Shown here piece by piece: positions 46,676 to 55,035 of a stretch of DNA of 64,000 nt. The position numbers and the translations under genes are program-made. The notes below the pieces were generated by a model. The model was not told where the DNA came from, did not search any database, and saw nothing but the letters and a program-made list of their open reading frames with translations. How positions within the stretch are numbered: the first letter of the stretch is position 1; each line of letters starts with the position of its first letter. Source of the stretch: a bacterium (GTDB lineage: Bacteria; JADJOY01); contig JAXLQJ010000001.1 in the NCBI GenBank assembly GCA_046331705.1, positions 62,001 to 126,000 on the forward strand. The letters are read 5' to 3'.

Positions 46676-48114
46676 TGCCCGCCCTCCGCGCGCGACTCGT
46701 GCTCGTCATGCTCGCCGCCGTCGTCGTGGTGTTTCCGCTGCGGCGCGAGGAAGGGGGCTTCGAGCTCGCGGGGAGTCTCGGCGCCCACCAGCTCGGCACG
46801 GAGCTTCACGTGCGCCCCGTCGGGCAACTCGTCGAGCGAGGCCGTCACGATGACGGGCACGGTCGCGCTCGCGAGCGAAGCCAGCTCGATGCTCGGGATC
46901 GGCAGGATGTAGTCCAACCGATCACTGGCTTCGGCCACGATCCGCAAGGTGGCGAGCTGCGGCGACTTGTTGACCAGATGGATGTTGAACGTGTTCCGCA
47001 CCGTGCCGCCGTCGACGACGAACGGGGGCCCCTGGGCGCGCAGCAGATTCGCCTCGAAGGCGGTGCGGCGGGCGAACGAGGTGGTGGCGACGATCAATCC
47101 CACCAGCCCGAGCACTCCGTAGAGGGCGAGCCGCGGGCGCCAGAAACGGCGCCGCTCGCCGTCCAGCCCGGACTGGGAGTCGTAGCGGACCAGGCCGCGG
47201 GGCCGGCCGATCTTGTCCATGATCTCGTCGCACGCGTCGATGCACGCGGCGCAGCCCACGCACTCGAGCTGCAAGCCGTGGCGAATGTCGATCGCCGTCG
47301 GGCACACGACCACGCAGCGCTTGCAGTCGATGCAATCGCCCACGCCCTCGCGGCCGGCCTTGCCGCGCGGCTCGCCCCGCTTGGCGTCGTAGCCGATGAT
47401 GATCGAGTCCTTGTCGGTGAGCACCGATTGCAGGCGTCCGTAAGGGCACACGATCAAGCAGAGCTGCTCGCGAAACCAGGCGAAGTTCAGGTACATCAGG
47501 ACCGAGATGCCGGCCATCCAGCCGAACGCCTCGGGGTGCTCGGTGGGGCTGAGCCGCACCCACCGGAAGAGCTGGTCGAGCGACGTGAAGTAGCTCAGGA
47601 AGATGTGCGCCACGAGCAGCGAGAGTGCCGCGAAGATCGCGTGCTTGAGGCTCTTGCGCCACACCTTGTCGAAGCTCAGCGGCGCGGCGTTGCGGCGAAT
47701 GCGTTGCTCCCGCGGCCCCTCGATCCAGCGCTCGACGCGCCGGAAGAAGCCCTCCAGGAACACGGTCTGCGGGCAGGCGTAGCCGCACCACACCCGCCCC
47801 CACAGCGCCGTCATGGCGATGAGCGCGAAGCCCACGCCGGACACCAGGAAGAACACCAGCCACGCGTCCTGCGCGTTGAAGGTGCCGCCGAAGAGGTAGA
47901 AGCGGCGGTGCTCGATGTCGAGAAAGACCGCCGGGTGGCCGCCGATGGTGATCCACGGCAGCGCGGCGTAGATCGCGATCAGGACGCCGAAGACGACCCA
48001 GCGAATGCGGGTGAAGCGCCCCGTGACGTCCGCCGGATGCACGAACTTCCGGCTGCCGTCCTGTTGCAACGAACCTTGCTTTTCTCCGGGTACCGCCATC
48101 GATGCCGACGCCAT
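46672..48114 (-). CDS. ccoG: cbb3 oxidase accessory protein CcoG/FixG
   Basis: GRVWCGYACPQTV, REQLCLIVCPYGRLQ, CIDCKRCVVVCP, CVGCAACIDAC. Confidence 0.95.
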   Translation of the reverse strand: MASASMAVPGEKQGSLQQDGSRKFVHPADVTGRFTRIRWVVFGVLIAIYAALPWITIGGHPAVFLDIEHRRFYLFGGTFNAQDAWLVFFLVSGVGFALIAMTALWGRVWCGYACPQTVFLEGFFRRVERWIEGPREQRIRRNAAPLSFDKVWRKSLKHAIFAALSLLVAHIFLSYFTSLDQLFRWVRLSPTEHPEAFGWMAGISVLMYLNFAWFREQLCLIVCPYGRLQSVLTDKDSIIIGYDAKRGEPRGKAGREGVGDCIDCKRCVVVCPTAIDIRHGLQLECVGCAACIDACDEIMDKIGRPRGLVRYDSQSGLDGERRRFWRPRLALYGVLGLVGLIVATTSFARRTAFEANLLRAQGPPFVVDGGTVRNTFNIHLVNKSPQLATLRIVAEASDRLDYILPIPSIELASLASATVPVIVTASLDELPDGAHVKLRAELVGAETPRELEAPFLAPQRKHHDDGGEHDEHESRAEGGH

Positions 48115-48152
48115 GACACCACGATCCTTCTCACGGCACGTGCGTGAGTTGC

Positions 48153-48177
48153 GCTCGCCGGCCGGCGGCCGGCGAGC
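48153..48177. other. Intercistronic 11-bp GC hairpin between ccoP and ccoG
   Basis: GCTCGCCGGCC-GGC-GGCCGGCGAGC is a perfect stem; no U-tract. Confidence 0.5.
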
Positions 48178-48255
48178 CGCGTGCGGCGCGGGGACTGGCC
48201 CCGCGCCCGGGAAGACTGGAGGCCCGACGGGGCCCTCGGAACGTCATCGCGAGCC

Positions 48256-48840
48256 TCAGCCACCGGCCTTGGGCTCCGGCGGCCAGGGGTCGCCCTGGGG
48301 CGCCTTGCCGGGGACGTTCGTGTTGCGAAGCGTGAGCACGTACGCCACGACCTTCTGCACGCCCTGCTTGCCGAGCGGTCCTTCCCACGACGGCATGCCC
48401 GCGGTGAGGACGCCCTTGGTCACGGTGTCCAACAGATTCGTGGGCGCGCCGCCGTGGATCCAGAACTTGTCCGTCAGGTTCGGACCGATCTTTCCTTGCC
48501 CCTGCATGTCGTGACACGCGATGCAGAAGGTCATGAACGTGGTCTTGCCGGCAGCCACCGCCGCCGGGTCCTCGGACATCGCGATCAGCATGTCGTCGGT
48601 GACGGCGGGCGCCGCGGCCTCGCTCGCCTGGATCTTCGCGAGATCCTGCTCGAGCTGCGCGCGCGGCGTCGGGGCGACCTCGAACTCGTGGTAGTAGAAC
48701 CAGTAGCCGATGCTGAAGAGCACGGTGGCGAAGAAGATCCCCAGCCACCAGTTCGGCAGCGCGTTGTCGGCTTCCTCGATGCCGTCGTACTCGTGGACGA
48801 TCTCGCCTTGAATGGCGTCCTTGCGTTTCGTGTCAGTCAT
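48256..48840 (-). CDS. ccoP: cbb3 oxidase subunit III (monoheme)
   Basis: HEYDGIEEADNALPNWW, a single CIACH, GPNLTDKFWIHG, MPSW. Confidence 0.92.
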   Translation of the reverse strand: MTDTKRKDAIQGEIVHEYDGIEEADNALPNWWLGIFFATVLFSIGYWFYYHEFEVAPTPRAQLEQDLAKIQASEAAAPAVTDDMLIAMSEDPAAVAAGKTTFMTFCIACHDMQGQGKIGPNLTDKFWIHGGAPTNLLDTVTKGVLTAGMPSWEGPLGKQGVQKVVAYVLTLRNTNVPGKAPQGDPWPPEPKAGG

Positions 48841-49009
48841 CGTCGGCCTCCAGGGGAAGACGGGCCACGACCTCGAGCTCGGCAGGTCGCGTGAAGAGCG
48901 TCCGGATGGTCACCACCGCGAACACCGTCATGAAGATCAAGAGCGCCAGGATCGCGAAGCTCAGGAACGGGCTCTTCGCGAAGTGGTCGCTCGCCAAGAG
49001 GCTCAGCAT
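48833..49009 (-). CDS. ccoQ: CcoQ-like small membrane subunit (58 aa, absent from the ORF track)
   Basis: Manual translation MLSLLASDHFAKSPFLSFAILALLIFMTVFAVVTIRTLFTRPAELEVVARLPLEADDD: one TM plus ARLPLE; overlaps both ccoNO and ccoP. Confidence 0.8.
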   Translation of the reverse strand: MLSLLASDHFAKSPFLSFAILALLIFMTVFAVVTIRTLFTRPAELEVVARLPLEADDD

Positions 49010-51342
49010 CACCCACCTCCCGCCGGCGCCGTGGCGTCGAGCGACGCGGTCTTCGGCGCCTCCGGCACGCGGCCGAGGCGCTGCAGGAACGCGATCAGCG
49101 CCGTCATCTGGCTGTCCGCCGACACGTCCGCTCCGGTCTCACGCTTGAGCCCGGCGGCGATCTTCTCGCCAGCGGCGCGCGCGTTCTCCTCGGCACCCGT
49201 CACGTCACCATCGGTGTACGGCACGCCGAGGGTCTTCATGGCTCGCACCTTGGTGGAGGTCCGGGCGAAGTCCACCTTGCTCGACGCGAGGAACGCGTAC
49301 GGCGGCATGTTGGATCCTGGCGTGATCGCGCGCGGGTCCGTCATGTGCTGGTAGTGCCAAACGTTCGAGCGCATCCCGCCCTCGTGCGCGAGATCCGGAC
49401 CGGTGCGCTTCGAGCCCCACTGGAACGGGTGGTCGAAGATCGAATCGTCGATCGTCGACGCCTTGCCGTAGCGCTGCACCTCCCAGGTGAAGGTACGGAC
49501 CATCTGCGAGTGGCAGACGTAGCAACCTTCCTTGATGTAGACGTCGCGGCCCTCGAGCTCGAGCGGGCTGTAGGGCTTGTTGGCCGAGGTCGCCATGCCG
49601 GCGTGGCTGGTGAGCACCGTCGGCACGATCTCGGCGATGCCGCCCACGATCACCGCCAGCACCACCACCACCGTGAAGGGCAGCGCGCGGCCCTCGAGCA
49701 CGTGATGCCAGCTCGCGGCGCCGCCACCCGTGCGCGCCTGCTTGAAGCCCAGCGCGCCCACCACCGTGAGGCCGAGGGTGACCACGATCACCGCCACGCT
49801 CACCGCGGGCGGCAGGAAGGCGATCGAGCAGGCCAGCACCGTCACGACGACGCTGAGCAGCACCGGCTTGCCGAGGATCACGGCGATCCAGCTCGGCTCG
49901 CCAGCGGGCTTCTCCGCCACCGCAACCTCGACGGTGGTGTCGACCGCCGCGCCGGACTGAGCCGTCTTCCACAGGTTCCACGCGCAGATCACGAAGCCCG
50001 TGAGATAGAGCGCACCACCGACGATGCGGGTGTAGTACATGGGTCGAAGCGCCATGAGCGTCTCGACGAAGCTCGGGTAGGCGAGACCGCCGCCCTCGCC
50101 CTGGGCACGCCACATGAGGCCCTGGGTGATGCCGGAGATCCACATCGACGCCATGTAGAGCAGGATGCCGAACGTCCCGAGGTAGAAGTGCGTGTTGGCC
50201 GCGGACACCGAATAGAGCTTCTTGGTGCCCCACAGACGCGGGGCGAGCCAGTAGAACATTCCCGCCGCCAGGAAGCCGTTCCATCCCAGCGCGCCGGAGT
50301 GCACGTGGCCGATGATCCAGTCGGTGTAGTGGGCGAGACCGTTCACGCTCTTCACGCTCAAGAGCGGTCCCTCGAAGGTCGACATGCCGTAGAACGTGAC
50401 CGAGGCCGCGAAGAACTTGAGCACCGGATCGTTGCGCAGCTTCTCCCAGCCGCCGCGCAGCGTGAGCAGGCCGTTGATCATGCCGCCCCAGCTCGGGGCC
50501 CACAGCATGACGCTGAAGATCATGCCCAGCGTCTGCGCCCAGTCGGGCAACGCCGTGTAGAGCAGATGGTGCGGGCCGGCCCAGATGTAGAGGAAGACCA
50601 GCGACCAGAAGTGGATCACCGACAGTCGGTACGAATACACCGGCCGCTCGGCCGCCTTGGGCACGAAGTAGTACATGATGCCGAGCATCGGGGTGGTGAG
50701 GAAGAACGCCACCGCGTTGTGCCCGTACCACCACTGCACCAGCGCGTCCTGGACGCCGCCCCAGATCGAGTAGCTCTTGAAGGCGCTCACCGGCAGCTCG
50801 AGGCTGTTGGTGATGTGCAGCACCGCGATCGTGATGATGGTCGCGATGTAGAACCACAGCGCGACGTAGAGGTGCTTCTCGTTACGCTTGAACACGGTCC
50901 AGAAGAAGTTGACCGCGAACACCACCCACACGAGCGTGATGGCGAGGTCGATCGGCCACTCGAGCTCGGCGTACTCCTTGCCGGTGGTGATGCCGAGCGG
51001 CAGCGTGAGCGCGGCCGCCACGATGATCGCTTGCCAAGCCCAGAAGTGGATCTTGGAGAGCAGATCGTGTCCCATGCGCGCCTTCAGCAAGCGCTGGGTC
51101 GAGTAGTAGACGCCCGCGAACATCATGTTGCCCACGAACGCGAAGATCACCGCGTTGGTGTGCAAGGGCCGCAACCGCCCGAAGTTGAGGAAAGGTGGGA
51201 TGTCCGCCTGCCAGAACGCGAGCTGGAGCGCGACGATCACGCCCACCAGCATCCCGACGAGGCCCCACCCGACCGAGGCCGTCATGAACCATCGGACGAT
51301 CCTGTCGTCGTAGGTCACTTTGGTGTTCTTCATACGTTCCAC
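49009..51342 (-). CDS. ccoNO: Fused cbb3 oxidase subunits I and II
   Basis: GRLRPLHTNAVIF, WWYGHNAV, GPHHL, HVHSG; CcoO part EGCYVCHSQMVR, WGSKRTGPDL, SNMP. Alternative ATG at 51333. Confidence 0.96.
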   Translation of the reverse strand: MERMKNTKVTYDDRIVRWFMTASVGWGLVGMLVGVIVALQLAFWQADIPPFLNFGRLRPLHTNAVIFAFVGNMMFAGVYYSTQRLLKARMGHDLLSKIHFWAWQAIIVAAALTLPLGITTGKEYAELEWPIDLAITLVWVVFAVNFFWTVFKRNEKHLYVALWFYIATIITIAVLHITNSLELPVSAFKSYSIWGGVQDALVQWWYGHNAVAFFLTTPMLGIMYYFVPKAAERPVYSYRLSVIHFWSLVFLYIWAGPHHLLYTALPDWAQTLGMIFSVMLWAPSWGGMINGLLTLRGGWEKLRNDPVLKFFAASVTFYGMSTFEGPLLSVKSVNGLAHYTDWIIGHVHSGALGWNGFLAAGMFYWLAPRLWGTKKLYSVSAANTHFYLGTFGILLYMASMWISGITQGLMWRAQGEGGGLAYPSFVETLMALRPMYYTRIVGGALYLTGFVICAWNLWKTAQSGAAVDTTVEVAVAEKPAGEPSWIAVILGKPVLLSVVVTVLACSIAFLPPAVSVAVIVVTLGLTVVGALGFKQARTGGGAASWHHVLEGRALPFTVVVVLAVIVGGIAEIVPTVLTSHAGMATSANKPYSPLELEGRDVYIKEGCYVCHSQMVRTFTWEVQRYGKASTIDDSIFDHPFQWGSKRTGPDLAHEGGMRSNVWHYQHMTDPRAITPGSNMPPYAFLASSKVDFARTSTKVRAMKTLGVPYTDGDVTGAEENARAAGEKIAAGLKRETGADVSADSQMTALIAFLQRLGRVPEAPKTASLDATAPAGGG

Positions 51343-51373
51343 CCCTCTCCGGAAGGTGCTTCGTAGATCTGTT

Positions 51374-51577
51374 TCAACTCTTCACCCGAGCGTCCTTCGT
51401 GGTCGTTGCGTTCGGTTCGGTTTCCGGGACCGCCGTGAACTCGTCGTCGTCGAGCGGCAGCAGCGCCAGGCGATCCGCGTGCTCGAGCGTGCGCTCGCGC
51501 ACGGTCCACGCGAAGAACACCACGGCGCCGAGCGCCATCGCCAAGCTCACCGCGATCAGCACGATCAGGACCTCCAC
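51374..51577 (-). CDS. ccoS: cbb3 oxidase maturation protein CcoS/FixS
   Basis: GTG start with GAGGAG RBS; (M)EVLIVLIAVSL...FFAWTVR...EHADRLALLPLDDD; lies between ccoI and ccoN. Confidence 0.85.
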   Translation of the reverse strand: MEVLIVLIAVSLAMALGAVVFFAWTVRERTLEHADRLALLPLDDDEFTAVPETEPNATTTKDARVKS

Positions 51578-53988
51578 GTGTTGCTCCTCGGTCCCAGCGA
51601 CGTGGCCGTCGCCGCGACGATCGCGATCGAGCTGAGCGGCATCAGCACCGCCGCCAGCCACGGTTTCATCAGCCCGGCCAGCGCCAGCGTCACCGCCAGC
51701 GCGTTGTAGGCCACGGCCCACGCGAGGTTGCGCTCGAGCACCGCCCGCAGCCGCCGCGCCGCGAGCAGCGCTCGCCGCAGCGGCGCGAGCCCCGCGGTCG
51801 TGAAGTAGAAGTCGCTGCGCGCCGCCATGAACGGCCGGTCCACCGCGGGCGTGCCGGAGCACCACGCGTTCGCGACCACCAGGCTGTCGTTGATGCCGTC
51901 TCCGACCATCAGCGTGTCGTCGTGATCGTGACGCGACAGCCACTCGGCCTTGCCATCCGGGCTGGCGTCGCCGATGGCGTGCTCCGGCGCGACGCCCAGC
52001 TCGCGCGCCAGCACCGCGACCCGATCGTCCGAGTCGCCGCTCAGGATCCACGTCTCGAGCCCCGCGGATTGGAACCACTCGATCTCGGCGCGAGCGTCGC
52101 GGCGCAGCTCCTCCGCGGTGCGAAGCGCCGCGCGGGTTCGGCCGTCGATCGCGAACACCACGTCGGCGTCCGCGGGCGCGTCGGACGCGGCCCAGCGCGG
52201 CGCGCCGAAACGCGCGTCGTGCCCATCGACCTCGGCCTCGAGCCCCGAGCCGGGCTTCTCGATCACCGCCAGCCGCCGCGCGAGCACGACTCCCCGCGCT
52301 TCCAAGTGGCGTCGCACCGCGGCGCTCTTGGGATGGCTGCTCTGCGCCACCAGGTCGAAGAGGAGCTGCCGCTCGGCGTCCTCGAGGGCGTCGATCGCGT
52401 CTGGATTGGCGACTCCGAGATGGCCGGTGGTCAGCGTTCCCGTCTTGTCGAAGACCACGCGCTTCACCGACACCACGCGATCGAGGAAGCCCGCCGCGCG
52501 CACGAAGAGCCCGGCGCGGCGCAACCCGGCCTGCACCAGCTCGTACGCGAGCGGCGACGCGATCCCGAATGCGCACGGACACGTCACCACCAGCACCGCG
52601 GTCGTGACCTCGAACGCGCGCAGCGCATCGCCGGTGAGGAGCCACCAGCCCGCGAGCCCCGCCACCGCGGCGATCAGCACGCCGATCACCCAGCTGGAGG
52701 CCACCCGCTGCCACCACGGCGTCGAGCGCGCGGCGTCGGCCAGCCGCTCGCGGGGCGTCGCCAGCAGCCGCACGATCGGCGAGTCGGCGAACGAGGTGAG
52801 CGCCCGCATCGAGACCGCCGAGCCACCGGCGTTGAAGCTGCCGGCGGGCGCCTGGCTGCCGGCGGCGAACACCCGCGGCTCGGATTCGCCGTTGATCCAA
52901 TCGAGCGTGAGGGTCGCCGGCGCACCCAGCACCACGGCGTCGAGCGGCACCAGATCGCCCGGCGCCACCCACAGCTCGTCGTCGCGCTGCACGGCGCGGC
53001 ACTCGACCAGCTCCACGCGGCCGTCCCGAACCCGCCGGGTGAGCAGGCCGTCGACGCCGTCGTCGGCCAGGAGCTCACGCCGATTCCGTTCCAGGACGCG
53101 TTCCTGAAGCCAGCGGCCGAGCACCATGAGCGCGATGAACACGGCCACCGTGTCCAGGTAGTTCGCGGTGTCGCCCGCCCAGAGATACGAGGCCATCGAC
53201 CCCGCGTACGCGAGCACGATCCCGAACGCGATCGGCGTGTCGAGGTGAAGCACTCCCGCCGCCAGGCTGCGCCAAGCGGAGCGGATGAAGATCGTCCCGC
53301 CGAGGGCGAGCGAGAGCGTCGCGATCACCGCGTTCGCGCCCGCCAGCATGGTGTGCACCGGCCCTTCGGTGAGCCCGAGGTGCATGGCGAAACCAAAGAT
53401 CATCGCGTTGGCCGCCAGCGCCACGCACACCCCCGCGCGCACCAGCAGCGCGTCGGCCGTCGAGCGGGTGTCCTTGAGCGGCGGGCCGAAGCGATAGCCG
53501 AAGCGCTCGATCGCGGTGATCCAGCCGCGCAACGCGAAGCCCGGCTCCACGGTGAGATCGACGCGCCCGAGCGCCGGGTTGACCATCGCCTGCAGGCCGT
53601 GCGGCTCCCGGCGGAACATCTCCTGGATGAGCCACACGCACGCCGAGCAGTGGATGCCCTGCACGTCGAGTGAGACCGCGGTGGCGTCCGCGGCGCACGC
53701 CAATCGCTCCTCGATGGGCTCGAGCCATTTGCGATCGGGCGCGTCGCGCACCGCGTCCACCAGCGGCCGGCCGGCGCCGCTGCGAATGCGGTAATAGCGG
53801 CTCAGCCCTTCGGACTGGATCAGCCGGTACACCGCGCGGCAGCCCGCGCAGCAGAAGCCGTCGACGTCGTGGGGCGCGAGGTCGAGACCGCAGTGCAAGC
53901 AGGTGGTGGTACTGGCCGCGCACGCCGCCTCGGGCGACGGGGCACGATCCGCGGGCAGGGCCGCGAGGGCGGTCGATATGGACGCCAT
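51565..53988 (-). CDS. ccoI: P1B-type copper ATPase CcoI/FixI
   Basis: CLHC/FCCAGC, IHCSAC metal-binding domain, CPC, DKTGT, SHP, GDGIND. Confidence 0.93.
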   Translation of the reverse strand: MASISTALAALPADRAPSPEAACAASTTTCLHCGLDLAPHDVDGFCCAGCRAVYRLIQSEGLSRYYRIRSGAGRPLVDAVRDAPDRKWLEPIEERLACAADATAVSLDVQGIHCSACVWLIQEMFRREPHGLQAMVNPALGRVDLTVEPGFALRGWITAIERFGYRFGPPLKDTRSTADALLVRAGVCVALAANAMIFGFAMHLGLTEGPVHTMLAGANAVIATLSLALGGTIFIRSAWRSLAAGVLHLDTPIAFGIVLAYAGSMASYLWAGDTANYLDTVAVFIALMVLGRWLQERVLERNRRELLADDGVDGLLTRRVRDGRVELVECRAVQRDDELWVAPGDLVPLDAVVLGAPATLTLDWINGESEPRVFAAGSQAPAGSFNAGGSAVSMRALTSFADSPIVRLLATPRERLADAARSTPWWQRVASSWVIGVLIAAVAGLAGWWLLTGDALRAFEVTTAVLVVTCPCAFGIASPLAYELVQAGLRRAGLFVRAAGFLDRVVSVKRVVFDKTGTLTTGHLGVANPDAIDALEDAERQLLFDLVAQSSHPKSAAVRRHLEARGVVLARRLAVIEKPGSGLEAEVDGHDARFGAPRWAASDAPADADVVFAIDGRTRAALRTAEELRRDARAEIEWFQSAGLETWILSGDSDDRVAVLARELGVAPEHAIGDASPDGKAEWLSRHDHDDTLMVGDGINDSLVVANAWCSGTPAVDRPFMAARSDFYFTTAGLAPLRRALLAARRLRAVLERNLAWAVAYNALAVTLALAGLMKPWLAAVLMPLSSIAIVAATATSLGPRSNTWRS

Positions 53989-54035
53989 GGGGACAAGGTT
54001 CCGGCGTGAGGCACACGCCAGGGCCGGGACGTAGG

Positions 54036-54050
54036 GCAAGCGACGTGCCA
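54036..54050 (-). promoter_or_regulatory. Sigma54 (-24/-12) promoter of the cco operon
   Basis: Minus strand reads TGGCACGTCGCTTGC = TGGCAC-N5-TTGC, about 47 nt upstream of the ccoI ATG, with a long non-coding region further upstream. Confidence 0.8.
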
Positions 54051-54516
54051 CCACTCCCGGAGAGTCCGCGGCCGCGGTCCGATGGGCCTGCCGGTCGGCG
54101 CTGCCTCGCGGTGCGGCCAGGTCCACACCGAGGGCGAGCAGACCGAAAAAACGCCGGAATTGGGGGGCGAGGACCCAGAAAATTTGCGCGTTTCTCGAGG
54201 CGAAGGGTTCGGGACACCTCCCGTCTCGATCCCGCAGCGCAGAGCCGCCAGCGGTCCCGCGATCATTCCGTACCGGCTCAGCCCTGTTTTCGCGAGCCGA
54301 TGCGTCGCGACGTCGTCACCAGGTCGAGCCACGACGAGGCTCAACCAGCATGACTCGTTACGGCCACGTAACCTGGATCGCGCGGCGACGGGTCGATCGC
54401 CGCGTCAGACGGTCGGCGAAGGCGACTCGTCACCTGGAAACAACGACGCCGCACCGGGAACCCGGCGCGGCGTGGAACGCTCGGCGACAGCCGAGCGAGC
54501 GGCTCGTTTCGGCGAC

Positions 54517-54879
54517 TTACTTCTTCGCCTTACCGAGCTCGCGAATGTAGGCGGTGAGGTTGGTGATGTCTGCGTCCGAAAGCATCGGGCCCCACGCCAC
54601 CATGAGCGGAGACTTCCCGACCGCCGCACCGCCGAGCTTGATGGTCTTGCCGATCGACTCGTCGTTGGTCGCCTTCTGCCAGGCCTGATCGGTGAAATCG
54701 CGCGGCTTCGGGTTCAGGGCAGCACCGGCCACGCCGTCGCCCTTGCCCGCAGGACCGTGACAGGTCGCACACAGCATGTCGAACTTGGCCTTCCCAGCGG
54801 CGGCGTCTCCCGCCGCCCATCCATTGCCGGCACCGGCCAGCAGCAATGCACCGGACACGAATAGGACTGCGCGCTTCAT
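54517..54879 (-). CDS. Periplasmic class I monoheme cytochrome c
   Basis: Signal peptide, CATCHG, G.GDG...L.PKPRDFT, distal Met in SPLMVAW; GGAG RBS. Confidence 0.92.
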   Translation of the reverse strand: MKRAVLFVSGALLLAGAGNGWAAGDAAAGKAKFDMLCATCHGPAGKGDGVAGAALNPKPRDFTDQAWQKATNDESIGKTIKLGGAAVGKSPLMVAWGPMLSDADITNLTAYIRELGKAKK

Positions 54880-55035
54880 GGCTATGTCTCCCTTGAGTGG
54901 TGAGTCGCTAGACCCGGACGGTTAACACGACGCGCCGCGACAGCCAATGAGACATCTCGCCGCGGGCCGCTTCACCCGCTTTCCACGAGCAAGGCGCGCG
55001 CCGGCCGAGCCGCACGAGCGGGGCCACGCCAGGCC

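Noticed and set aside
54884-54955. ATGTCTC/GAGACAT inverted pair that could sequester the cytochrome c RBS
   Set aside because: Only 7 bp, and the distal arm may lie upstream of the transcription start; compatible with chance.
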